DNA of 64,000 nt. It comes from Candidatus Bathyarchaeota archaeon (GTDB taxonomy: Archaea; Thermoproteota; Bathyarchaeia; Bathyarchaeales; DTEX01). Position numbers and translations under genes: made by a program. The DNA is taken from contig JANXEA010000014.1 in assembly GCA_025059045.1 (NCBI GenBank), positions 43,569 through 107,568 on the forward strand. Reading direction: 5' to 3'. Positions within the stretch are counted from its first letter, which is position 1; each line of letters begins with the position of its first letter. A model generated the notes under the pieces. It saw only the letters and a list, made by a program, of their open reading frames with translations, was not told where the DNA came from and ran no database searches. This document shows positions 26,859 through 36,661 of the stretch, in pieces.

Positions 26859-28601
26859 TTGAATAAAATGTTGCCGACCTTATCCCGCCTGACTCTCGCA
26901 TCATTTATCTTCATAACATTCCTCTCACAATTTTTCCATTGTTCTCCCGCAAACCAGAACACGGAATACCCCTCCATCAGAATTGGCAGAGTTATAATTG
27001 TAGAGAATGGGGGCGCGTTAATAGTTAAGGACATATTCACATTGTCCACTAATCCGAATCAAGACATCGCCCAGATATCCAATTTCCAATATGGATTCAG
27101 CAGCGTTTACGCGCGAAATCTTCTCCAAGCCTTCTCAAACGACACCAAGGGAAAACTTGGATTGGATGTGATTGTTGGCGACGAATATTTCTGGCTGCGT
27201 ATCTCATTTTCCAAGCCAATTGATGTAAGCCGCGGAGGCGCTTACTCTTTCACTGTAACATCCATATTTAAGGACCTGATAATATATAATCAATCATGGT
27301 ATTCCCTAAACATTTCTCTCTACCCGATTCTTCAAACAGAAGCTGCTTCATGCAGTTTGACCGTCCTACTTCCCTCAGAAACCAGCATACTATATGCTCC
27401 GGAATCATTTACTATAGCTGAAGATGATGAGCATAAGATATTATCTCGAGAGATAACACCACTCAGCGCCCTCACAGATGAATCCCTCTACTTAGAATTC
27501 ACGTCAACACGATACAAATTGTTGGATATTGATGAACTACGCAGAACTGTGACGGTGGATCCATTAGGCAAGTTGACTGTAACGGACATTTATAGAATAT
27601 TTAACCGGGGAGCTGACTTCTCGTCAATCTCTTTCACCATACCTAAGAATGCCACGAGTATATATGCAGAGGACATATACGGTGCGATTCCTCAGTCTAA
27701 AATCTCCCAAAAAGATTCCGAAGAGTATATTGAAGTTGATATAAGGCTGACGGAGACGTTAGAAAAAGATAGGGTGCTGAAAATTTTGATATCATATCAG
27801 CTTCCATCCGATCTATATATTTCAAGGCTGGGATGGCAGGAGTACGTTTTGAATGTCACTATGATCAGGCCGGCTGAATGGATAATTGATAGATTCTCAG
27901 TGACCGTCCTACTTCCAGAGGGGGCTCAATATTTGAATTCGACCATTTCACCAATGGGGCCCATAAAACTGAGACAATGGTCTTTTATTCCTGAAATCGA
28001 ATTCGCCGCTGAGAATGTAACGATATCCTTTGAACGGTTTTTCCGTATTTCCTATGCATATTCGATCTTTTGGGCGTCCTTTAGACCTACACTCTGGACA
28101 GGCGTAGCGGCGATATTTGCATGTTTATTATTCGGTCTATATAGGGTATCTCACACCATCGCCACTGTTAAGGTGTCGATTTCCAAGGAATCTTTGAGAG
28201 GATTCGTTGAGACTTATGAGGAGAAGATAAGACTTAGGGCTGAGCTTGAATCGTTGGAGAGGCAGTCTGAGAAGGGTAAAATTTCTAGAAGAAAGTATAG
28301 GTTGCAGAGGAGCTCTTATGATGAGCAACTCTCGAAAGTTCAAAGGGATCTTTCTAGGTTGCGAAGAGAAGTTGAGATGGCGGGCGGTCCGTTTGTAGAG
28401 GGGTTGAAACGAATTGACAGGGCGGAGGCCGAAATTGAGGCTATGAACAAGAATATTGAGAACGTTGAGAAACAATTTATGAGAGGAGAGATTTCCTCTG
28501 AGGAGCGACGCAAACTGGTATCCGAGTATATGAGAATAAGGGAAAGGGCTGAACAGGCAATAGAGGATGTCTTATTAAGATTTCGTGAGATGATGGCTTA
28601 G
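26859..28601 (+). CDS. Type-I membrane glycoprotein candidate, ribophorin I / OST1-like architecture
   Basis: The likely start is the ATG at 26868 ('MLPTLSRLTLASFIFITFLSQFFHCSPA', a signal peptide). An ectodomain of about 390 aa carries 7 N-x-S/T sequons. One TM segment follows ('LWTGVAAIFACLLFGLY'), then a charged coiled-coil tail of about 150 aa. Co-linear motif matches to ribophorin I are listed in the finding. Confidence 0.55.
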   Translation: MNKMLPTLSRLTLASFIFITFLSQFFHCSPANQNTEYPSIRIGRVIIVENGGALIVKDIFTLSTNPNQDIAQISNFQYGFSSVYARNLLQAFSNDTKGKLGLDVIVGDEYFWLRISFSKPIDVSRGGAYSFTVTSIFKDLIIYNQSWYSLNISLYPILQTEAASCSLTVLLPSETSILYAPESFTIAEDDEHKILSREITPLSALTDESLYLEFTSTRYKLLDIDELRRTVTVDPLGKLTVTDIYRIFNRGADFSSISFTIPKNATSIYAEDIYGAIPQSKISQKDSEEYIEVDIRLTETLEKDRVLKILISYQLPSDLYISRLGWQEYVLNVTMIRPAEWIIDRFSVTVLLPEGAQYLNSTISPMGPIKLRQWSFIPEIEFAAENVTISFERFFRISYAYSIFWASFRPTLWTGVAAIFACLLFGLYRVSHTIATVKVSISKESLRGFVETYEEKIRLRAELESLERQSEKGKISRRKYRLQRSSYDEQLSKVQRDLSRLRREVEMAGGPFVEGLKRIDRAEAEIEAMNKNIENVEKQFMRGEISSEERRKLVSEYMRIRERAEQAIEDVLLRFREMMA

Positions 28602-28703
28602 AAGAGAATGGTAATTGAAGATTAACTAAAATTAATGGATATCTCCACAAAAAGTTTTTATTTCGGCGTATAGATTGACATCAGACCTAAAAGGTGGCAG
28701 AAG

Positions 28704-28886
28704 ATGGTTGAGATTAAGGTTGATGCTGAAAAATGCACTGGCTGCGGAACATGTGTAGACACGTGTCCAGTCGGAGTCTATGAAATCAGAAATGGAAAAT
28801 CTGTTCCAGTAAAGGTTGATGAATGCTTAATATGTAGGGCCTGTGAAACTCAGTGTCCTGAGAACGCGATACAAGTGATTGAGTAA
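28704..28886 (+). CDS. 2x[4Fe-4S] ferredoxin
   Basis: 60 aa with two cluster motifs, 'CTGCGTCVDTCP' and 'CLICRACETQCP'. Confidence 0.85.
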   Translation: MVEIKVDAEKCTGCGTCVDTCPVGVYEIRNGKSVPVKVDECLICRACETQCPENAIQVIE

Positions 28887-28891
28887 GCGCC

Positions 28892-29959
28892 TTACTCCAT
28901 CTTCCAGAACCTTGACTGAACCTTTTTAACATCCTCCAAAATTTTTTCAGCTTTTCTCTGTGTTTGCGGGTTTATTGGTGGACGTGACTCCCGAATATTC
29001 ATCCACAGCCCGCACATTCTTGAAATAACCGCTGGAACGATTCTCCTTAAAAAGGATAATGTATATCCCCCCTCTAGAACCGCCACAAGCCTTCCCGAGC
29101 AAAACCTCTCAGCCAATTCCATTAAAAATTGAAAAAGTTTCGGAAAAATTTGGGCTGACAAAGATAGCTCACCAATTCTGTCCCTGTAGTAGCTGTCAAA
29201 ACCCGCGGATACCAGGATAAACTGCGGCTCATACTGTATAGCTATGGGGGCGACAACCGTCTTGAATGCTTTCCAGTAAACGAGGTCTCCTGTTCCGAAT
29301 GGGAGCGGAATGTTCACGTTGTATCCGATTCCTTTTCCCTCTCCAACTTCCTCCAAGAAGCCTACGCCTGGAAATCGGCCTGGGTCTTGATGAAGACTGA
29401 GGTAGAGAACATTGTCCGTGTTATAGAAAACCTCTTGGGTCCCATTTCCATGATGTGCATCAATGTCGACAATCAAGACTCTGGTTAGGCCGAAGTTTCT
29501 TAAGAGGTGGGCGGCGGCTATGGCGACATTATTGAATATGCAGAACCCTAGGCCATAGTTTCGTCCAGCATGATGCCCGGGCGGTCTTGAGATCACAAAG
29601 GCATTGCGAGCGTCTCCCCTCATTACCATGTCAACAGCCTCTAATGCACCTCCAGCCGCCAACCTTGCAACATTGAAGGTTTCAGGGGAGACGATTGTCT
29701 CCGTCTCCTGGTCAAGGATGCCGCCGCCTGACATAGATAACTGTTTAACATACTCTACATAATCAGAGGTATGGATTAATTGAAGATCCTCTATGCTAGC
29801 GTATCGCGGCTTGATGACTTGGATTGTTTCTGCCCCTAAAATGTTGGCCGTCTTTAGACCATTTTCGATCGCTCTTAATCTTTCCGGGGATTCAGGATGC
29901 CCAAGGCTCGTCTTATGTTCAACGTATTTCCCGTCGTAAATGATTGATGTAACCCTCAT
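28892..29959 (-). CDS. Histone deacetylase / acetoin utilisation (AcuC) / acetylpolyamine amidohydrolase family protein
   Basis: Motifs 'RPPGHHA', 'VDIDAHHGNGTQ' and 'GFDSY...L', the arginase-deacetylase fold signatures. Confidence 0.9.
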   Translation of the reverse strand: MRVTSIIYDGKYVEHKTSLGHPESPERLRAIENGLKTANILGAETIQVIKPRYASIEDLQLIHTSDYVEYVKQLSMSGGGILDQETETIVSPETFNVARLAAGGALEAVDMVMRGDARNAFVISRPPGHHAGRNYGLGFCIFNNVAIAAAHLLRNFGLTRVLIVDIDAHHGNGTQEVFYNTDNVLYLSLHQDPGRFPGVGFLEEVGEGKGIGYNVNIPLPFGTGDLVYWKAFKTVVAPIAIQYEPQFILVSAGFDSYYRDRIGELSLSAQIFPKLFQFLMELAERFCSGRLVAVLEGGYTLSFLRRIVPAVISRMCGLWMNIRESRPPINPQTQRKAEKILEDVKKVQSRFWKME

Positions 29960-30118
29960 TTTGTGTTCCTTTAAGATTGATAGATGTTTCGGTCACCCAT
30001 TAAATTATTTTTCTCAAATATTGTGGTGGAGTCTAACGTTTGTGGGAACGATGAAAGGGATTAATATTTTATATGGGCATCTTAGTATTTGAGTTTAAAT
30101 TAGGCTTGGTGATATTGT

Positions 30119-31489
30119 ATGCCCGTCTTACCAATTGACACTGGGCGATATGGGACACCGGAGATGATTTCGGTTTTCGAGGAGGAGAATTACGTCCAAA
30201 AGCTACTTGATGTGGAAGCCGCCCTTGCATGGGCGCATGGGCAGGTTGGAACGATTCCACGTGAAGACGTTGAGAAAATTGTCGAAATGGCTTCAACTAA
30301 ATTCGTGAAGCTCGAGAGGATTAAGGAGATTGAGAAGGAGATTAAACATGACATAATGTCGGTTGTACGTGCCTTTGCAGAGGTTTGCGGGCCTAGCGGC
30401 GCATATATTCATCTTGGGGCAACAAGCTATGACATTGTTGATACTGCGAGGGCGCTTCAGCTAAGGGATGCTATAAACATTATAGGTAAGAAGCTTGACG
30501 ATCTAGAACTTGTCTTAGTTAAGGCGGCTGACCGATATAAGCGCACTGTCATGATGGGTAGAACACATGGTCAACATGCTCTGCCAATCACTTTTGGGCT
30601 TAAGCTCGCCGTATGGATGAGAGAGGTATCGAGGCACATACAGAGGCTCATGGAATGCAAGAGGAGGGTTCTTGTAGGCAAGATGACCGGTGCTGTTGGG
30701 ACGCAGGCTGGATTCGGCCCTCATGCAATGGAGATCCAGAGGCTTGTAATGGAGAGGCTGGGATTGAGTTCTGTTGAAGTTTCAACGCAGATTGTCCAGA
30801 GAGACCGTCACGCCGAGCTCATCTTACTCCTGGCAAACATAGCCTCAACACTTGACAAGTTTGCAACCGAGATCCGAGAGCTCCAGCGGACCGAGATAGC
30901 CGAGGTTTTTGAGCCATTTGAGGAGGAGAGACAGGTTGGCAGTTCAGCTATGCCCCACAAGAGGAATCCTGAACTATGTGAGAGGATATGCGGACTTGCA
31001 AAGGTCATGCGGGGGCTGGTTATACCTGCCTTGGAGAATGTGGTTACATGGCATGAAAGAGACCTCACCCAGTCCTCTGCTGAGAGGTTCATAATACCTG
31101 AAGCCTGCATCATTACCGATTACATGCTGCATCTGATGATCAAAATTATTTCAGGTCTTCGCGTTGATGAGGATAGAATGAGGAGGAATATTGACATTAC
31201 TGAGGGCAGAACTATGTCCGAGTCGGTTTTGATGGCTCTTGTGAGGAAGGGTATGGATAGGCAGAAGGCGCATGAACTGGTCCGCAGACTAACCTTTAAG
31301 AGTATAGCGGAGAAGACAAGTCTAGAGCAGGTTCTATTGCAGGATGAGGAGGTGCGCAGTCGCCTGTCACCTGAAGAAATAGAAGAGGCACTTGATCCCA
31401 TGAATTACCTTGGAACATCTGTTATGCAGGTTGAAAAAGCAATAGAGAAAACATTGGCGGAGAGAAGGGAGAGGGGATTAGAGGCATAA
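30119..31489 (+). CDS. purB: Adenylosuccinate lyase
   Basis: 456 aa with 'GATSYDIVDTA', 'GRTHGQHALP' and the fumarate-lyase signature 'SSAMPHKRNP'. Confidence 0.9.
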   Translation: MPVLPIDTGRYGTPEMISVFEEENYVQKLLDVEAALAWAHGQVGTIPREDVEKIVEMASTKFVKLERIKEIEKEIKHDIMSVVRAFAEVCGPSGAYIHLGATSYDIVDTARALQLRDAINIIGKKLDDLELVLVKAADRYKRTVMMGRTHGQHALPITFGLKLAVWMREVSRHIQRLMECKRRVLVGKMTGAVGTQAGFGPHAMEIQRLVMERLGLSSVEVSTQIVQRDRHAELILLLANIASTLDKFATEIRELQRTEIAEVFEPFEEERQVGSSAMPHKRNPELCERICGLAKVMRGLVIPALENVVTWHERDLTQSSAERFIIPEACIITDYMLHLMIKIISGLRVDEDRMRRNIDITEGRTMSESVLMALVRKGMDRQKAHELVRRLTFKSIAEKTSLEQVLLQDEEVRSRLSPEEIEEALDPMNYLGTSVMQVEKAIEKTLAERRERGLEA

Positions 31490-31557
31490 AAGAATGCTTT
31501 GGAAACCTATACGGCATGCCGTTAGAATCCGCCGCCTCCTTTATGAGGGATTAGTTT

Positions 31558-32727
31558 TTAGGATGGCATCCTAAGGATCCATTGGATCTGTGAGAGAAGC
31601 CTTCGGATCGGCAGGTTTTGCGGGCATTTCCTCTCACATAAACCGCATTTAACGCATCTATCGGCTCTATTCTCCGGCGGTATTGATGCATTGTATCGTT
31701 CTATTACTCCAGGCATTTGGCTATCATTGGATCTTAAGACCTCATTATAGATGGCTAGGATGCTAGGTATACTGACACCTTGTGGGCATGGGGTACAGTA
31801 CTGGCATCCGGTGCAACCAACAAAGCCGTATCGGAGGTATCTTTCTCTAACCTCAGCGATTATTTCCAGCTCCTTAGGCTTGAGAATGTTTGGGGCTGAG
31901 CGGTCTGCAATCTGAATATTCTCTGTGACCTGCTCCATTGTGCTCATACCACTTAATGCGACGGAGACTTCGGGATGGTTCCAGACCCATAGGATAGCCC
32001 ATTCAGCCGGCGACCTCTTTATTTCGGCGTTAAGCCATATCTCTTGAACCTCCTTTGGCGGTGTAACAGCTAGTAATCCCCCTCTTATGGGCTCCATAAT
32101 CACGATTGCGAGACCTCTTGATGCAGCGTATTTTAGCCCCTTGGTTCCGGGTGTCCGTCGGCTGCTCTCAACATCAATATAATTGTACTGTATTTGGCAA
32201 AATGTCCACTTGCTGTAGCCGTCAATTATCTCCTTGAAGACTTCGAACTCGTCGTGAAAACTAAACCCAAAATATCCGATCTTACCTTCCTTGATCTGTT
32301 GTTCAGCCCAGTCCAGCACATTTAAGTCTATGGTTTTCCGCCAGTTTTCCCTATTAAGCCCATGAAGAAGATAGAAGTCAATATGGTCCAGCTGCAGTCT
32401 CCTCAGCTGTTCATTGAAAATCTGGTCTAACTCCTCACGTTTATTAATCCTGCCCATCGGCATTTTTGTCGCGACTTTAACCCTCTCTCGGTAACCGTCC
32501 ATCAAAGCCTTTCCAACAACAACCTCACTATTCCCGCCATGATATGGATATGCGGTGTCAACATAATTCACGCCATGGTCAATGGCATACCTAATCATCC
32601 TTATAGCTTCAGGCTCATTCACCTTGCTAGGGTCGCCGTCAAGTATAGGCAGCCTCATGGCTCCAAAACCAAGCACAGAGACCATCCAGTTTAATCTGCC
32701 AAACCTTCTATACCTCAAGCCCACCAC
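31558..32727 (-). CDS. Aldo/keto reductase with C-terminal 4Fe-4S-binding extension
   Basis: AKR N-terminus 'GFGAMRLP...IDHGVNYVDTAYPY', plus C-terminal Cys clusters 'CTGCQYCTPCP' and 'CVKCGLCERKCP'. Confidence 0.8.
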   Translation of the reverse strand: MVGLRYRRFGRLNWMVSVLGFGAMRLPILDGDPSKVNEPEAIRMIRYAIDHGVNYVDTAYPYHGGNSEVVVGKALMDGYRERVKVATKMPMGRINKREELDQIFNEQLRRLQLDHIDFYLLHGLNRENWRKTIDLNVLDWAEQQIKEGKIGYFGFSFHDEFEVFKEIIDGYSKWTFCQIQYNYIDVESSRRTPGTKGLKYAASRGLAIVIMEPIRGGLLAVTPPKEVQEIWLNAEIKRSPAEWAILWVWNHPEVSVALSGMSTMEQVTENIQIADRSAPNILKPKELEIIAEVRERYLRYGFVGCTGCQYCTPCPQGVSIPSILAIYNEVLRSNDSQMPGVIERYNASIPPENRADRCVKCGLCERKCPQNLPIRRLLSQIQWILRMPS

Positions 32728-33006
32728 TCAAAAACCAATCTTAAGTTTTCTATCACTTATATGTATTCTTAAAACATTGCAAAAGTCGCCCCTGCAGTTG
32801 AGGAAATATGCTAACTTGTAGAGACAGGCTTTGAAATGTCTGCAACCATAATGGAAACATAATCGTAAGGAAGAGAAAGCGACCATTATAACGAAATTTT
32901 TGACAGGGTGCTCGTGTTCATTTTAAACGGGCAGGGTTTAAAATGATTCGAACTATACTTGGGGCATGAGCGTGCTGGAGTGAGGATTTTTAGATAGATT
33001 TTTAAG

Positions 33007-33576
33007 TTGAAGTATAGAATTCTCTTCGAACTGCTTCCTTTAAAGGGAAGTGCCATGTGCATAATTGGCAAAGATAAACTTATAGAGCTGATTGAGAGGT
33101 ACAAATGCGTTTACCCATTTGACATGAGCCTTTTAGACGGGGATGGCTATGTCTTAACCGTCAAAGAGGAGACGACGCTCCAGTATCTTGAACATAAGAA
33201 TCTAATATCGAAGGAGATAGTTTTCACGCCTCCAAATTACGTCGCTCATCTAACAGCCAAGAGCAAGTATGGGAGGGCGGGCTTATCTTTTCTAAATGCA
33301 GCGAAGGTTCACAGCGGGTTTGTTGGGAGGCTGGCCCTGGAACTCGTTAACCTCTCAAATGACCGGTCGCCCATAACCATTAAGAGGGGTGACCCGTTGA
33401 TGCACATTGAATTTATAACACGAATAGGTAAGCCGTCACCATATCTTGGGGAGTATCAGTTTCAGTACATGAGTGATGAGGAGATAGAGATATACATTCC
33501 AATCCTCAGGGATGTGTTTCCAAATTACGATGATCTGGTAAAAATCTGGTTCAGAAATAAGCCTCTAAGAGAATAG
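33007..33576 (+). CDS. dCTP deaminase / dUTPase-fold protein
   Basis: 'KSKYGRAGLSFLNAAKVHSGFVGRLALELVNLSNDRSPITIKRGDPLMHIEFI' matches the Dcd/Dut beta-barrel pattern. The likely start is the ATG at 33055 ('MCIIGK'); the track uses a TTG at 33007. Confidence 0.65.
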   Translation: MKYRILFELLPLKGSAMCIIGKDKLIELIERYKCVYPFDMSLLDGDGYVLTVKEETTLQYLEHKNLISKEIVFTPPNYVAHLTAKSKYGRAGLSFLNAAKVHSGFVGRLALELVNLSNDRSPITIKRGDPLMHIEFITRIGKPSPYLGEYQFQYMSDEEIEIYIPILRDVFPNYDDLVKIWFRNKPLRE

Positions 33577-33648
33577 TAATCAATTGTAGGGAGCTGAAAA
33601 CGAAGATTTTAAATATCTCTCCTGTTTGTATGCTGAGAGGAATGGGCA

Positions 33649-34161
33649 ATGAAGGCACGCAACTATAGAGAGGTCAAGGGCGCACCGTACACGAGAGTAG
33701 AATATATACACGGGGCTCCACAGCCTAAGATTACAAGGTTCACTATGGGCGACCCAAACGGCGACTACACCTATCAGGTCACACTTCTCTCAGAAAACAG
33801 GGTTCAAATCCGCCACAACGCCCTAGAGGCGGCTAGAGTTGCCTCAAACCGTTACTTACAAGAGAAGCTGGGCAACAGCTTCTACATGAGAGTTCTCCCA
33901 CTGCCGCACGTTGTTCTCAGAGAGAACAAGATGATATTCGGTGCGCATGCAGATAGACTACAGCAGGGGATGACAAAGGCCTTTGGAAAGCCGATAGGTA
34001 GAGCGGCTAGGGTGGAGCCCAATCAGCCCGTAATCACCGTTCAGGTCAGAGATAACGGAGTGGAGGCAGCGAAGGAGGCATTAAGAAGAGCCTCCGCCAA
34101 ACTTCCCTTAACTTATAGAATAGTTGTTGAAAAATTGGAAAAAGATGCTATATCTGGGTGA
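33649..34161 (+). CDS. rpl10e: 50S ribosomal protein uL16 (L10e)
   Basis: The N-terminus 'ARNYREVKGAPYTRVEYIHGAPQPKITRF' is typical of archaeal L10e. Confidence 0.9.
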   Translation: MKARNYREVKGAPYTRVEYIHGAPQPKITRFTMGDPNGDYTYQVTLLSENRVQIRHNALEAARVASNRYLQEKLGNSFYMRVLPLPHVVLRENKMIFGAHADRLQQGMTKAFGKPIGRAARVEPNQPVITVQVRDNGVEAAKEALRRASAKLPLTYRIVVEKLEKDAISG

Positions 34162-36566
34162 AAGCCATGTCAGAAAAGAAAGGAAAATATGTTCTCTGGT
34201 TCGACGAGATCGGGATGGAGGATGTGCCTCTAGTAGGAGGCAAGAGCGCTAGCCTCGGAGAGATGACCAGAAGAACCGGGGTCCCGGTTCCATATGGATT
34301 CGCAACGACTGCCGAAGCATACAGGCACTACATAAAAGTAAATGGGCTCGATGAGAAGATAGCTGAAGCATTAAAAGAATTAAAGGATCCGAATGACACA
34401 GCTACCCTCCAAAAAGTAGGCGCAAAGATTAGGAAGATGATTGCTACTGCCAAGATGCCCGAGGAGATCGAGAAAGAGATAGTAAAAGCATACAAGCAGT
34501 TGGCCAAGAGGATCGGCGAGGAAGATCCATTCGTCGCTGTTCGAAGCTCAGCCACGGCTGAGGACTTGCCGGACGCTAGCTTTGCCGGTCAACAGGAAAC
34601 CTACCTTAATGTTCACACGCCGGAAATGGTTGTCGAGAAGATAAAAGAATGCTTTGCCAGCCTCTTCACTGATAGGGCGATATTCTACAGAATCCAGAAG
34701 GGATTCGATCATATGGCCGTAGCCTTGAGCAGCATCGTCCAGCTGATGGTTTACAGTAAGGCCAGCGGCGTAATATTCACCCTCGACGTGGCAAGCGGAG
34801 ATAAAAGCGTAGTCCTAATAGAAGCCGGATACGGCCTAGGAGAATTCATCGTGCAGGGAACAATCACCCCCGACGAATACTACGTCAGAAAGAGCGATCT
34901 CGAGATCGTGAAGAAGAATGTACCGACGAAGACTGTTCAGCTCGTCAGGCTTCCAAAAGGCGGAACAGAGAAACAGCCTGTGCCACCTGAACTTCAGAAC
35001 AAGCAGGTTCTAACAGACGAACAGATAAAAGAATTGGCAAAGTACGCGATTGCTATAGAAGAGCACTATAAAAAGCCGATGGATATTGAGTGGGCTCTCG
35101 ACGAGAGAACAAACAAACTGTTCATTCTCCAGGCTAGACCTGAGACTGTATGGGCACTTAAAGCGGCTGCTGAGGCTAAACCAGCGGAGATTGTCCCTAC
35201 AAAAGAGAGGAAAGTGCTGGTCCAAGGATTACCAGCCTCACCCGGCATCGCTGTCGGTAAGGTGCATATAATACCGACAGTAGACAAGATCAATGAGTTC
35301 CAGAAGGGCGAGATACTGGTAACCGAGATGACTGCACCCGACTGGGTTCCAGCAATGAGAAAAGCAGCGGCTATAGTGACTAACTCTGGTGGGATGACAT
35401 GCCATGCGGCAATAGTTTCCCGTGAACTTGGCATACCATGCATTGTGGGCACATCTTCCAAAGGGAAACCCGCAACCGAGTATCTGCCAGACGGAGCAAT
35501 GGTCACCGTCGACGCGAAGCTAGGAGTCGTATACGAGGGTGTGCTAGAAGAGGTTTCTGAAGCGAGAGCCGCGCCTACTGCAGCCGTCGCGGTCGCGGAA
35601 CCATATGTAGTGACAGGGACGAAGATCTACGTCAACCTTGGAGAGCCTGAGATTGCTGAGAAGGTGGCAGCCCTGCCCGCTGATGGTGTAGGCCTTCTGA
35701 GACAGGAATTCGTCTGGACAAGCGAGATAGGCGAGCACCCATTATACCTAATTGAGACAGGCCATCCTGAGAAGGTGGTAAATGGGCTTGCAGAAGCTTT
35801 TCGCAAGATATGTGCAGCATTTTATCCGCGTCCAGTAATAATGCGTTTCAGCGACTTCAAGTCATCCGAATATAGAGAGCTGAAGGGCGGAGACAAATAT
35901 GAGCCAATAGAACCTTCAGCCCTCATGGGATGGAGAGGCGCATCGCGATACTATGATCCCAAATACGTTGAAGCCTTCAAGCTTGAGGTCCAAGCGGTCA
36001 AGAAGGTTAGAGAAGAGTTCGGCCTCAAGAACCTTTGGGTGATGATTCCATTCTGCAGAACACCTGAGGAGATGGAAAAGATCAACCAGATCTTCGAGGA
36101 GCAGGGCCTTAAACGTGGACCAGACTTCAAAGTTTGGCTGATGGCTGAGATACCTAGCAACTGTCTCATAGCCGACAAGTTCAATAAGTATGTAGACGGC
36201 TACAGCATTGGAAGCAACGACCTAACAATGACGGTGCTTGGATGCGACAGGGATAACGAAAATGTCGCGCACCTATTTGACGAGAGAAATCTAGCCGTCA
36301 AACGTGCGATCAGGCTTCTCATAAAGCTCGCCCACCGCGACGGAAAGACTGTTAGCATATGCGGACAGGCGCCAAGCGTATACCCAGAGTTTACGGAGTT
36401 CTTGGTCCGCAGCGGCATCGACAGCATCTCAGTTAATCCTGACGTCGTCGTCTCAACACGGAAACTCGTCGCCATGATTGAACAAAAAATATTGCTGGAG
36501 AAAGCCACTGGAAAAGGGCCGCGGGAAGACCCCGACCTAGATATTCCATTAGATGATTCTGAATAA
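34158..36566 (+). CDS. ppsA: Phosphoenolpyruvate synthase (pyruvate, water dikinase)
   Basis: About 800 aa with an ATP-grasp N-domain ('GGKSASLGEM'), the phospho-His domain 'GGMTCHAAIVSRELGIPCIVG' and a PEP-utiliser TIM barrel ('GSNDLTM'). The likely start is the ATG at 34167 ('MSEKKGKYVLWFDEIG'). Confidence 0.95.
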   Translation: MKAMSEKKGKYVLWFDEIGMEDVPLVGGKSASLGEMTRRTGVPVPYGFATTAEAYRHYIKVNGLDEKIAEALKELKDPNDTATLQKVGAKIRKMIATAKMPEEIEKEIVKAYKQLAKRIGEEDPFVAVRSSATAEDLPDASFAGQQETYLNVHTPEMVVEKIKECFASLFTDRAIFYRIQKGFDHMAVALSSIVQLMVYSKASGVIFTLDVASGDKSVVLIEAGYGLGEFIVQGTITPDEYYVRKSDLEIVKKNVPTKTVQLVRLPKGGTEKQPVPPELQNKQVLTDEQIKELAKYAIAIEEHYKKPMDIEWALDERTNKLFILQARPETVWALKAAAEAKPAEIVPTKERKVLVQGLPASPGIAVGKVHIIPTVDKINEFQKGEILVTEMTAPDWVPAMRKAAAIVTNSGGMTCHAAIVSRELGIPCIVGTSSKGKPATEYLPDGAMVTVDAKLGVVYEGVLEEVSEARAAPTAAVAVAEPYVVTGTKIYVNLGEPEIAEKVAALPADGVGLLRQEFVWTSEIGEHPLYLIETGHPEKVVNGLAEAFRKICAAFYPRPVIMRFSDFKSSEYRELKGGDKYEPIEPSALMGWRGASRYYDPKYVEAFKLEVQAVKKVREEFGLKNLWVMIPFCRTPEEMEKINQIFEEQGLKRGPDFKVWLMAEIPSNCLIADKFNKYVDGYSIGSNDLTMTVLGCDRDNENVAHLFDERNLAVKRAIRLLIKLAHRDGKTVSICGQAPSVYPEFTEFLVRSGIDSISVNPDVVVSTRKLVAMIEQKILLEKATGKGPREDPDLDIPLDDSE

Positions 36567-36661
36567 TCCCGAAAAACCGCTATTTTTTCCCTCAAATTTT
36601 TAATTCTTAGAAATAATAAAGAAGAGTGTTCATCGATTAGTTAACGGCAGGGTTCTCTGTT

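Noticed and set aside
30069-30296. A 75-aa minus-strand ORF overlapping the purB start.
   Set aside because: It overlaps the well-supported purB N-terminus on the opposite strand and has a Pro/Arg/Gln-rich composition that is not protein-like.
32728-33054. A 327-nt gap between the AKR gene and the dcd-like gene, including the 72-aa minus-strand ORF 32886..33104, as a possible ncRNA or small gene.
   Set aside because: Only very short ORFs (under 10 codons) are present, and the 72-aa ORF is Ser/Leu/Lys-rich with no start context. I recognised no tRNA-like, SRP, RNase P or C/D-box features. It is most likely promoter space for two divergent genes.
33649-34170. The rpl10e-ppsA overlap as a possible functional fusion or programmed frameshift.
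   Set aside because: The apparent 4-nt overlap depends on the GTG at 34158 that the track chose. The ATG at 34167 gives the canonical PpsA N-terminus and a simple 5-nt spacer, so this is just tight gene packing.
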